Sequence record: SRR31156797_8471
Strand: one strand, 5' to 3'
DNA length: 43,700 nt
Part shown: piece after piece, positions 31,917 to 40,054 of the stretch
Position numbering within the stretch: position 1 is the first letter of the stretch
How the letters are laid out: every line of letters starts with the position of its first letter
Notes under the pieces: model-generated
Database searches by the model: none
The model's input: the letters and a program-made list of their open reading frames with translations, nothing else
What the model was told of the DNA's origin: nothing
Position numbers and translations under genes: made by a program

Positions 31917-34274
31917 TTATCGATTCTCAAATCGGTTGTAGTCGAGTAAACCAAACTCGATTGGCTGGTCCTGCTTGTACCACTGATGAACTTTATCGCT
32001 GAATGACCAGAAATCCGGAGAACTACGGCGAACACCAAATCTATCCAGCAATTGAACATAACTCTCTTCACCATCAAGGGTTTTCAACCGTTCCACCAAC
32101 TCAGGTATCTCTGTTTCTCTTAGCGATAGATAAGCCGCTGGGTAACTCCCTAGCACACCTCTAACCAAGGTTAAGGTGTCATTTTCAGGCACTCGGTTAT
32201 CATCTTCATCAAACAAACTGTAAATGTTACTGTGAGCATTGTTGTGGATCAGCGTAAACAGTTGCGGTTGCTGAGATTTTGATTCAATCATCAACATCAT
32301 AAGCTGTGGAATCGGCAGGATCTGCTCACCTTTGATGTAGTTGATGCTATTCAACGCGTACTCATGTTCAGCAGTAAAACCCGTGTCTACGATGTCGTAG
32401 CGTGGACTTAAAACAGGGCTCACTCTGTCCTTCAGTTTCGCCATTAACTCAGATTTCGGGTTATCCGTTACATACTGAACGTTTGTTGGTTCATCAAATG
32501 GTTTCACATTACGCTGCAAGAACTCAGTAAAGTAAGCGGTTTGGTCTGCATACCAACTGGAGAACTCTTCATGGCGCATATCGCGAGGCAGTAGAGAAAT
32601 AAAGTTACTTTCCCCTTCCATCCGCAAAAAGTCCATAAACATCCGTGTCACTAACTGATGACCAAAATTCCCGTATACATCAAAGCCAGCCACTAACAGA
32701 TAATGAACCCGTTCAAGCAATGAGTAGTCGAATACCCAAGCCGTTTTTGGCTCTCGCCCCACTAGTCCTTGCGCGACAGAAGCACTATCAAAATGTCGGA
32801 AAACGGTTAAAGCCGCATTCGGGTTTTCGCCATCGCCAGACCAGATTAGGTCAGTGTTCATGTAGCGGCCGTCTTTAAACTGTTTATTGGCAAATTCCGA
32901 TTTTGCTTCAAGGTAACGAGCCTGCTGCTTAGCATAACTCACCCAGGTGGTGATTGGACTAATGGTATCCTCACGCTCCGCAGGCAACTTTAAGTTGTCC
33001 GCTTGAGAACGATAAAACTCAGTAGCTTCTGGGATATCCGCTTTGTCTGGGTCTAAGAAGAACACCCAAAAATGATCATTAATCACGTTCAGCGCCAGTT
33101 GTCCTCGGCAAACTGGGCCTTTGATAAAGCCCATAATGGTGTTCTGAGCATTATCAAGCAGGAAGCGATAGCGAGCGTTAATCGGCAGATCAATAAACGC
33201 CGTCATTGGGTTCGCGGCTACAGAAGGTTCGTAACCAGGAAGCTGGGACACGGTATAATCAGCATCGATAAACCACTCTTTCCAGCTTCTCATACGCTTT
33301 TTGTTTAACGCATAAGGCATATGAGTTTTATCTACGGTTGTGCCCTGTTCAGCAATCAAGCGGTAATAAACTCTATCAACCTGTGGGTCATCATAAGGGC
33401 GGCGGGTAGCAATACGCTTAACAGGTTCGCCCGGTGCAGTAGATGAGCGCACCAGAGTAAAGAAACGAGGTGATGCTTCTTTTAAATCGGAGAAATAGAT
33501 GTGAGACAAAAACAGATGCTCATAGATATAGCGAGCAGTTAACTGGTTTTTCAACCCATCGGCATTTAATAAGGTTTCGTAATTGTTGACTAATGTCTGC
33601 TGAGATTTCGTCAGAGGCACATGGTCATTCATGATGGCGCCGTTCTCTAACCAAGTCATCAACTTGTTGTACTCGGTTTTATTTAAGTTAGGCATACCGA
33701 AAGGCATACCCCAATCCGGATAGTCCTGCTGATATGCCTCATGTTCTTCTAACGTTGGACACTGCTGCTCTCGGTAGATAGAAAAATCGAAACCTTCCAG
33801 CTGATCTTGCTGCTGCTGTGGGTGCAGCTCTTTTTGCTTAAGTAGACGAGCAACCAGCCCCGCCTCTAGGTTCGCTCTGGTGGTTTGATCGCGCTCATTT
33901 AGAACGGGGTGAAAACCAAAGTCTCGCCACTGTTGTGTCGTCTCTGCATCTTCAAACAAACGAGTGGGTGTCGCTGCACTTAAACGAGAGCCTTCATAGA
34001 CCATCTCTTTGCTAGCACCACGATCAATCCCTTCCACCGACGAAAGCTTCAACTGACAAGGCGCGTCATAACAGGCGTGACAAACAACACAACGATTATC
34101 AATAATCGGCTTAACTTCATTCATAAAGTATTCAGCTTGTGGCGACTCTAGCGCGACCTGACGTTCTCTAACTTCCGCAGAGCCAAACAGTTGATCGTAA
34201 TTAAGGCCTGCATAGGTAGCACAACCAGAAACCACGACGACCAGTGAAATGAAAAAGAGTTTACGTAAATTCAT
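31917..34274 (-). CDS. cti: Fatty acid cis/trans isomerase
   Basis: Lipoprotein signal (VSGC), heme motif RCVVCHACYDAPCQLKL, RYIYEHLFL, FIKGPVCRGQLALNVI, TVFRHFDSASV, terminal NRFENR. Confidence 0.93.
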   Translation of the reverse strand: MNLRKLFFISLVVVVSGCATYAGLNYDQLFGSAEVRERQVALESPQAEYFMNEVKPIIDNRCVVCHACYDAPCQLKLSSVEGIDRGASKEMVYEGSRLSAATPTRLFEDAETTQQWRDFGFHPVLNERDQTTRANLEAGLVARLLKQKELHPQQQQDQLEGFDFSIYREQQCPTLEEHEAYQQDYPDWGMPFGMPNLNKTEYNKLMTWLENGAIMNDHVPLTKSQQTLVNNYETLLNADGLKNQLTARYIYEHLFLSHIYFSDLKEASPRFFTLVRSSTAPGEPVKRIATRRPYDDPQVDRVYYRLIAEQGTTVDKTHMPYALNKKRMRSWKEWFIDADYTVSQLPGYEPSVAANPMTAFIDLPINARYRFLLDNAQNTIMGFIKGPVCRGQLALNVINDHFWVFFLDPDKADIPEATEFYRSQADNLKLPAEREDTISPITTWVSYAKQQARYLEAKSEFANKQFKDGRYMNTDLIWSGDGENPNAALTVFRHFDSASVAQGLVGREPKTAWVFDYSLLERVHYLLVAGFDVYGNFGHQLVTRMFMDFLRMEGESNFISLLPRDMRHEEFSSWYADQTAYFTEFLQRNVKPFDEPTNVQYVTDNPKSELMAKLKDRVSPVLSPRYDIVDTGFTAEHEYALNSINYIKGEQILPIPQLMMLMIESKSQQPQLFTLIHNNAHSNIYSLFDEDDNRVPENDTLTLVRGVLGSYPAAYLSLRETEIPELVERLKTLDGEESYVQLLDRFGVRRSSPDFWSFSDKVHQWYKQDQPIEFGLLDYNRFENR

Positions 34275-34594
34275 ATAGTTATTGTTTTGAGTTAACCAAC
34301 TTTAATTAAAGTAGAGACTACTATAATTTCAACTTTCTTAAGATAACACATTGTGAAATTTATCTTTGACAACCAAGCATATGCCATTAGGCGAGCAAGG
34401 CTGTAGGTATTTCTTACACAATTAATTTTTTATCTAACCAACAAACCAAGAAATTTGTTTAAAATGCCGTGAATTGAAATATACCGCCTACGTTAAGGCT
34501 CATCATTCTCAAGTTACTATAATCTAATCATGGTAAAGCAGAATTAACAGCAATAGCCCAAAAACTCATAGGGTGGCACCAGCCAAGTATCACA

Positions 34595-34960
34595 ATGACA
34601 AATCACATCGAGCAAAGAAAATATTTTCGACTGAGCTACAAATCGAAACAAGTTATGCCAACACTTCGAGTGAATAACCGAGAATTTAGCGTGAGTGAAA
34701 TATCGGAACAAGGCATGCGTGTGATTAGCCGAGATCCAACCCTATTTAGCATCGGTGATATTGTAAAGGGTGAAATCTTACTGAACTCGCTTGAGACCAA
34801 TATTCACATTGATGGAAAAGTGTTGAGAGTCGTGGGCAATGAAGTGATTTGTCACCTACGAGAAGGACTATCTTTTAAAGATATGATTGCCGAGCAAAGA
34901 TACTTACGTAAACACTTTCCGAACGTATTACCTAAGGGGACTATTGAGTCCAAAAGTTAG
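34595..34960 (+). CDS. PilZ domain protein
   Basis: QRKYFR (RxxxR) and EISEQG ([D/N/E]xSxxG) motifs. Confidence 0.82.
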   Translation: MTNHIEQRKYFRLSYKSKQVMPTLRVNNREFSVSEISEQGMRVISRDPTLFSIGDIVKGEILLNSLETNIHIDGKVLRVVGNEVICHLREGLSFKDMIAEQRYLRKHFPNVLPKGTIESKS

Positions 34961-34999
34961 CAGCGATATGAATAAAAAAGAGCGCTAAGTACGAGAGTG

Positions 35000-35040
35000 G
35001 TTCACTTCAGAGTAGCAATGTCTCTAATTCTGAAGTGAAC
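35000..35040. repeat. Perfect 12-bp inverted repeat just outside the Tn7-like end
   Basis: GTTCACTTCAGA (35000-35011) / TCTGAAGTGAAC (35029-35040), 17-bp spacer. Confidence 0.8.
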
Positions 35041-35054
35041 GATGAGCAATTAAT

Positions 35055-35131
35055 TGTGCAGCGACAATAAAGTTTGTATTTAATTGTATTTTTAAGACAA
35101 GTAGATTCTGTACTTAACCTAAAGCCCGAAC
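35055..35131 (+). repeat. Tn7-like transposon end (terminal TGT plus TnsB-binding sites)
   Basis: TGTGCAGCGACAATAAAGTT resembles the Tn7 terminus TGTGGGCGGACAATAAAGTC; a second site GACAAGTAGATTCTGTACTT at 35096-35115 and a weaker third at 35116-35131. Confidence 0.72.
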
Positions 35132-35145
35132 CTATTGCTTCCCCT

Positions 35146-35204
35146 AAATTTACACGAAACGTGAATTTACATGAATCATGTAAATATTCTTTCCGTGTAA
35201 ATTT
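35146..35204. repeat. 59-bp nested palindrome
   Basis: AAATTTACACG/CGTGTAAATTT outer arms and ATTTACATG-AAT-CATGTAAAT inner arms. Confidence 0.8.
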
Positions 35205-35287
35205 GACCACTATCCCTCATTTATCCATGAAATCCATCTATCTTTCTAGAAAATCACACTTCCCTGTGGATCCATAAGAGGTCTCTG

Positions 35288-35494
35288 ATGAACGAAAATC
35301 TCGACGAGTTGCTCCCTATACTAAAAGAATTCAACCTAGAAAATGTATCCTTTAAGGTGGTCGACCCATCACTATTACCAGAAAAAACGCTAAAGTCTTT
35401 CAATATCTTTATGTCAGGTTCAACTGTCCCACACAGGACTTACGTATACAGTTATGATTATGCAAGATTTTGTATGCTCGTTCGTAGGGGGTGA
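35288..35494 (+). CDS. Small hypothetical protein (68 aa)
   Basis: ATG with AGAGG RBS, globular-looking sequence; no family recognised with confidence. Confidence 0.6.
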   Translation: MNENLDELLPILKEFNLENVSFKVVDPSLLPEKTLKSFNIFMSGSTVPHRTYVYSYDYARFCMLVRRG

Positions 35495-35811
35495 TATACT
35501 TATATTGTGTCAATTATTTATTTACTATCAATTAGTTATATATATAACAGTAATCCAACATAAATCGATATAGCTAAGTGAATCGTAACGGTTGAGCCTG
35601 ACTCAACCTATAAATCTAGTGTTCAGCAATAACCTTCAGAATTAAAATTAGGTTTCATTTGGCAAAAGACCTAACCCAGACCAAATGCCATATGACTATA
35701 ATGTGTGCCATATCATAAACATATCGCTTGAATATAGAGTAAGCTACCACTGATGCATATATATACAAATTGGAATCTATTCACCTAACGTCATCAGGGA
35801 AGGAGCCTTTA

Positions 35812-36882
35812 ATGGCCGAAACATTTAGCAATCTAAATTTCAAACGAATCATTCTCCATAACGTATACCCACCAAATGATGAAGGACTGGTAACACCATT
35901 TTGCAGTACTGTTTTAACGCAACTAGATCATAACGCTTCACAGAAGCTCGAAGAACGTCTTACATCAGTTTTAGGGTCTAGTTCACATAGCTTACAGATG
36001 AACATAGCCCAAGACGGTAAAGCAAGTTGCTTTCACTTTTCCAGTCAACTACTGGACGCATCAGACAGTGACTTCATAAAAGATTCGTGTGAACTTGCAA
36101 ATTTGCATACTTCCGCCCATACAAATAAATCTTGGCCCGGTGGCACACTGGTAATCATCGACGGAACATCTGGTGCAGCTAACCGGAGATGCTTATTCAT
36201 AATAAAAGCCGAGCAGCAAGCCGGATTTATTGAAAGCCAAGAAGAAAACACTATCAAACTGTCTTACATAGAAAATCTGATCCTTACTCCCCAAGCGAGG
36301 CTTTACAAAGTGGGGGTTTTTGTCGAACAAGATGACAAATCCTTAGCTGATGAGATTCGCGATAAAGACGAATTTGAGGCCTATGTTTTCGATAGCAACA
36401 TTAAGGCAAAAGATGATCGTAACGCGGCTAAATACTTCTATTCCGGTTTTCTAGGCCTTCAAGTGCCTGAAAATGCAGAACAAAGAACTCGTGACTTTTT
36501 CGAATATTCTAGAGAGTACATAAATGGTTCTCGGCTACCTGATGAGAAAAAAATAGATGTTCAACAAGCTCTACACACCTACCTAAAAACTGATCAAAGT
36601 AATACAATCCAGGCCTCAGAATTCGCAGAAAAATACCTGCCGGAGGAGTACCGGGATGACTATAATGATTATGTCGTTAAAAAAGGTTTTCCTGCTACTG
36701 CAGTAGTAAAAGACACCTCTCTGATAAAGAGGAAGTTAGCCACTCGTAAGATGAACTTTTCTAGTGATGTAAAGCTAACTGCACCAGCAGAGAAGTTCTC
36801 AGAGTTAGTGAAGATTATTGAAGCAACTGATGACCATACAACAATCCAGGTCAAAGGTAAGCTTTCAGAACAAGACAAATGA
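35812..36882 (+). CDS. NA37/YejK (NdpA)-like nucleoid-associated protein
   Basis: About 356 aa; N-terminal FKRIILHNV, central GGTLVII...LFIIKAE, LYKVGVF, AKYFYSGFLG, TRDFF pattern typical of NA37-superfamily proteins; start at the ATG at 35812 behind AAGGAG. Confidence 0.7.
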   Translation: MAETFSNLNFKRIILHNVYPPNDEGLVTPFCSTVLTQLDHNASQKLEERLTSVLGSSSHSLQMNIAQDGKASCFHFSSQLLDASDSDFIKDSCELANLHTSAHTNKSWPGGTLVIIDGTSGAANRRCLFIIKAEQQAGFIESQEENTIKLSYIENLILTPQARLYKVGVFVEQDDKSLADEIRDKDEFEAYVFDSNIKAKDDRNAAKYFYSGFLGLQVPENAEQRTRDFFEYSREYINGSRLPDEKKIDVQQALHTYLKTDQSNTIQASEFAEKYLPEEYRDDYNDYVVKKGFPATAVVKDTSLIKRKLATRKMNFSSDVKLTAPAEKFSELVKIIEATDDHTTIQVKGKLSEQDK

Positions 36883-37898
36883 CCCAGGAAGAATTTGCTG
36901 CACGTTATGAACAAGAAAAGCCTATGTATGAAGCATGGGCTGATTTTGTGTTGTCTGAGATTAAGTCCGGCTTACTTAATTTGCTAGGTAACAGTAAACC
37001 TAAGTACGATGAATACGTAAAAATGACTCCATCCAGCAGAGTCAAAACAACAGAGTCTCTTCTTACAAAGGCTTTTATTCGAAAAAAAGATAAATACCAA
37101 GATCCTTACTCACAAATAACGGATAAAGCTGGGATTCGTTTTGTCGTTCTCTTAACACAACAATTGGATCAACTTTGTTCTATCATCGAAAACCACAAAT
37201 CTTGGACATATTCCAAAGACAAAGAATTTGATGAGTGGCGAACATCAGATCCTCGAATGTTCGATTATCAATCTGTACACTACATCGTTCGCGCCCAAAT
37301 GACCTTCGTCCATAAAGGCGTAACAATCGATGAAGATACACCTTGTGAAGTTCAGTTTAGAACATTGCTACAACATGCCTACGCAGAATTAGCACATGAC
37401 ACCATATACAAAGGAGATGTGGATGCATCTCCAACAGTCAAACGCTGCTTTGCTAAAAGCATGGCCTTAATGGAAACCACAGATGAACTATTGTGCGGAG
37501 CAAAAGCCGAATTAGAAAAATGTGCAGGCATTATTACACAATGGCGAGAAGTGGCACTAAGTCAAGCCAGCAAGCTTTTACCAGCTTCGCATTGGATTGA
37601 TGATACCAAAAACATTGAATTTTACCTGTCAGAGTTCCAACCATTGCTCAGTACGTTAAGTATTGATGACTTGCTTGAATTTTTAGGTGACCATGAATAT
37701 TCATTTTTGGCATCACGAATTGAATCCCACCAAAATAATAAAGCTTTTGTTGAATTTAAACTTCCTGTGATTCTTGTCTGTTATTTTTTAGCCAAAAAGA
37801 AAAAATCAGTTATAAAAAAATATTGGCCAACAGACTTTCATGTTTTACAAATTATTTTTAACGATCTCGGTTTAGCACCTAACTGGGCTACACACTAA
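36879..37898 (+). CDS. RelA/SpoT-type nucleotidyltransferase (small alarmone synthetase-like) with C-terminal extension
   Basis: Synthetase motifs SRVKTTESL, ITDKAGIRFV, YQSVHYIV, EVQFRTLLQHAYAELAHDTIYK; no HD hydrolase domain; ATGA overlap with the upstream gene. Confidence 0.88.
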   Translation: MTQEEFAARYEQEKPMYEAWADFVLSEIKSGLLNLLGNSKPKYDEYVKMTPSSRVKTTESLLTKAFIRKKDKYQDPYSQITDKAGIRFVVLLTQQLDQLCSIIENHKSWTYSKDKEFDEWRTSDPRMFDYQSVHYIVRAQMTFVHKGVTIDEDTPCEVQFRTLLQHAYAELAHDTIYKGDVDASPTVKRCFAKSMALMETTDELLCGAKAELEKCAGIITQWREVALSQASKLLPASHWIDDTKNIEFYLSEFQPLLSTLSIDDLLEFLGDHEYSFLASRIESHQNNKAFVEFKLPVILVCYFLAKKKKSVIKKYWPTDFHVLQIIFNDLGLAPNWATH

Positions 37899-37961
37899 AA
37901 TCCAGAGATTACGCACCATTTCCTAGAACAACCAATTTAGAGTTATCGATTATATTTAGCG

Positions 37962-39431
37962 CTAAACAGGCAAGATATTTTCTTTTATCAGTTGAGAAGC
38001 ACCTAACCCTGAAGCCTTTGTGACATATTGCATATTGGCTCCAGCTAGAATTGCAGATACCGCCATTATATCTCGGATTGAGTGCAAAGTTTTCCCTTCG
38101 GCTTGAACAGTATCAAATACTTTAAAAGCTTCTCTGAACATCTTGTTGAGCACCTTAGGATCAATCGGCTTTAGACCAGACTTAGAGACTAACAAAGGAC
38201 TATTTGAATTAAATTTTCCATTAAGCCTACTCTCGATATACCTTTTCATTTTCTTTTCAACATTCCTTGGTAACAGAGCCGTTCTATAGGAGCAACCAAC
38301 CCTCTCTCTTTTCAATCGAATAACTAATAAACCTGATATAGGCTCACGACTAATGTCATCAAATATTGGAAAAGTCTCTCCTATAGATGTTAATTCACTA
38401 TGTGTACTAAACGTCGATTTCATGAGCGTGAACAGCCACTCGACAGTATCAGCCTCATAGCTAGATGGTTCAAAAAAATGGCCAATATGGGATAGTAAAT
38501 CAGAATAAGTCGATATTTGACGATCACTAATATGGACGGGCAAACTCGAATTTTGAAATATTGACACAAGAATACTTCTTACATCAACTTCATCGACCGG
38601 CCTGAAAGCAGTACCATCTTCAATATCTGTACAATACTCTCTATAAGGACATGAAAGGCAGTCGTGACGTGCTTTATAAAAATAAAAACCATCTCTTACA
38701 CAAGCTTCAACGCTGGCATATAGAAACGTTTTTAATACCTCTTTTTCATTATCAGGGAAACTATTCAGGTATTGATAAAACAAACTGATCGTATTGGAGA
38801 AAGCCCCCTCATAACCATTAAAATCAAAAAAACCAAAGCTACGAGTACTTTTAAAATACTCAACCAATACACATGGAGCAACTACACTAGATCTGTTTTC
38901 GTATAAGTTTTTTGTTGAAATCGCACTCTCTGGATAAGAGAGGAAATCTCCGTCTAATACTTTCATAAATGTATCGGACAGACTTAATCCTAATTTATCT
39001 GACGTATCAAAAATGCTTAACAACTTGTGTCCGTGGACTAGACACCGATGATTAAACATCCAATCTTTCCTTAGCCACGAATGCCCATAGTAATAGATCT
39101 GTTCAGAGATGCAATCCGGACAATAACGCATTGATTTATCATTTTTCTCATCAGGAAATACAACCTCATTACTCCCAAGAGATTGTGAAGTAATGAGTTG
39201 ACTGTTCGGAGCACTTTTGGCTCTTTTACTAGCTTCTTCAAAGAGCAAACTGTGACTTTCGCCAACTAATTCATATAACTTATCGGATGCTTTTTTAGGA
39301 TTAACAAAATTTCCATTTTTCAGGAGGATATACTTGTGAAAAAACGGTGCAGTTAAAATACTATTAAAACGAGCAAGCCTATATATGTAACTGTACAGAG
39401 ACTCACTTGCCTTCAGATGTGGAACAAACAT
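37962..39431 (-). CDS. TniQ-family protein fused to a degenerate tyrosine-recombinase catalytic domain
   Basis: TniQ N-terminus (P...ESLYSYIYRLARFN) and Zn finger (RYCPDC...W....RCLVHGHKL); C-terminal integrase-like segment (RTALLP, SPLLVSKSG, TLHSIRD, AGANMQYV). Confidence 0.78.
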   Translation of the reverse strand: MFVPHLKASESLYSYIYRLARFNSILTAPFFHKYILLKNGNFVNPKKASDKLYELVGESHSLLFEEASKRAKSAPNSQLITSQSLGSNEVVFPDEKNDKSMRYCPDCISEQIYYYGHSWLRKDWMFNHRCLVHGHKLLSIFDTSDKLGLSLSDTFMKVLDGDFLSYPESAISTKNLYENRSSVVAPCVLVEYFKSTRSFGFFDFNGYEGAFSNTISLFYQYLNSFPDNEKEVLKTFLYASVEACVRDGFYFYKARHDCLSCPYREYCTDIEDGTAFRPVDEVDVRSILVSIFQNSSLPVHISDRQISTYSDLLSHIGHFFEPSSYEADTVEWLFTLMKSTFSTHSELTSIGETFPIFDDISREPISGLLVIRLKRERVGCSYRTALLPRNVEKKMKRYIESRLNGKFNSNSPLLVSKSGLKPIDPKVLNKMFREAFKVFDTVQAEGKTLHSIRDIMAVSAILAGANMQYVTKASGLGASQLIKENILPV

Positions 39432-39543
39432 ATCTATAACCTAAATTAGTAAACGCGTTGATCTTGCCCTAGTTGAAGGTGAACAGAAAGTCTGGGATTA
39501 CTCAATGAATGTAATTAAAGAGTACTTGTAAGGGAAATCAGAT

Positions 39544-39768
39544 ATGCCCGTCGACTTTCTAACAACTGACCAAAAGCAAAGTTACGGGCAATTCAGCGGA
39601 GACCCAAATGATGTTCAGCTTGCACGTTACTTTCACTTAGATGAAACCGACCTGGAGTTTATAGCTCTGCGTCGCGGTGATCACAATCGGTTTGGTGTCG
39701 CCCTGCAATTAGGCTGTGTTCGCTTCCTGGGTACTGTCTTAACTGATTTAAGTCAGGTTCCAGTGAAT
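39544..39768 (+). pseudogene. tnpA: Tn3-family transposase N-terminal fragment
   Basis: MPVDFLTT...[10 protein letters not shown]...[21 protein letters not shown] matches the Tn3 TnpA N-terminus; similarity ends near residue 75 and the ORF stops at 39831. Confidence 0.9.
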
Positions 39769-39886
39769 GCCCCAAACCTTTCTAGTTACATTTTCTTTTC
39801 AACTGTTGGTAAACTGGTTTTGCTATACTAAAACTTACTTGGGAGCAAATATAACTGATAGTCATAATATCTAAAGGGGGATTATT

Positions 39887-40054
39887 TTGACTCTAGATAA
39901 AAACAGAAGAGATAGCGAAGATATAGATGTTGAAGGTGCTATCAAGCGTATGCGATCTCATTCAAGAAATACCAGATCATCATTTGGTAAACATCTTAAA
40001 GTTAAAGCGCCCAAGTCTGCATATGGACGCTTTGCTGGGCCAACCAAAACATAA
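39887..40054 (+). CDS. Small basic hypothetical protein (55 aa, below the ORF-track cutoff)
   Basis: AAAGGGGG RBS 6 nt before TTG; frame reads MTLDKNRRDSEDIDVEGAIKRMRSHSRNTRSSFGKHLKVKAPKSAYGRFAGPTKT*. Confidence 0.45.
   Translation: MTLDKNRRDSEDIDVEGAIKRMRSHSRNTRSSFGKHLKVKAPKSAYGRFAGPTKT

Noticed and set aside
35000-35040. GTTCACT.../...GTGAAC resembles the start of type I-F CRISPR repeats, which would suggest a CAST array
   Set aside because: It is one inverted pair, not direct repeats with spacers; it lacks the GCC...GGC stem, and there are no cas genes in the window.
35007-35277. Two 67-aa ORFs on opposite strands
   Set aside because: They span the transposon end and palindromes, and their mutual similarity is a by-product of the palindrome.
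39458-39480. TTGATCTTGCCCTAGTTGAAGGT resembles a CueR operator
   Set aside because: Spacing is one base short of ACCTTCC-N7-GGAAGGT, the arms are mismatched, and it lies over 1 kb from copA.
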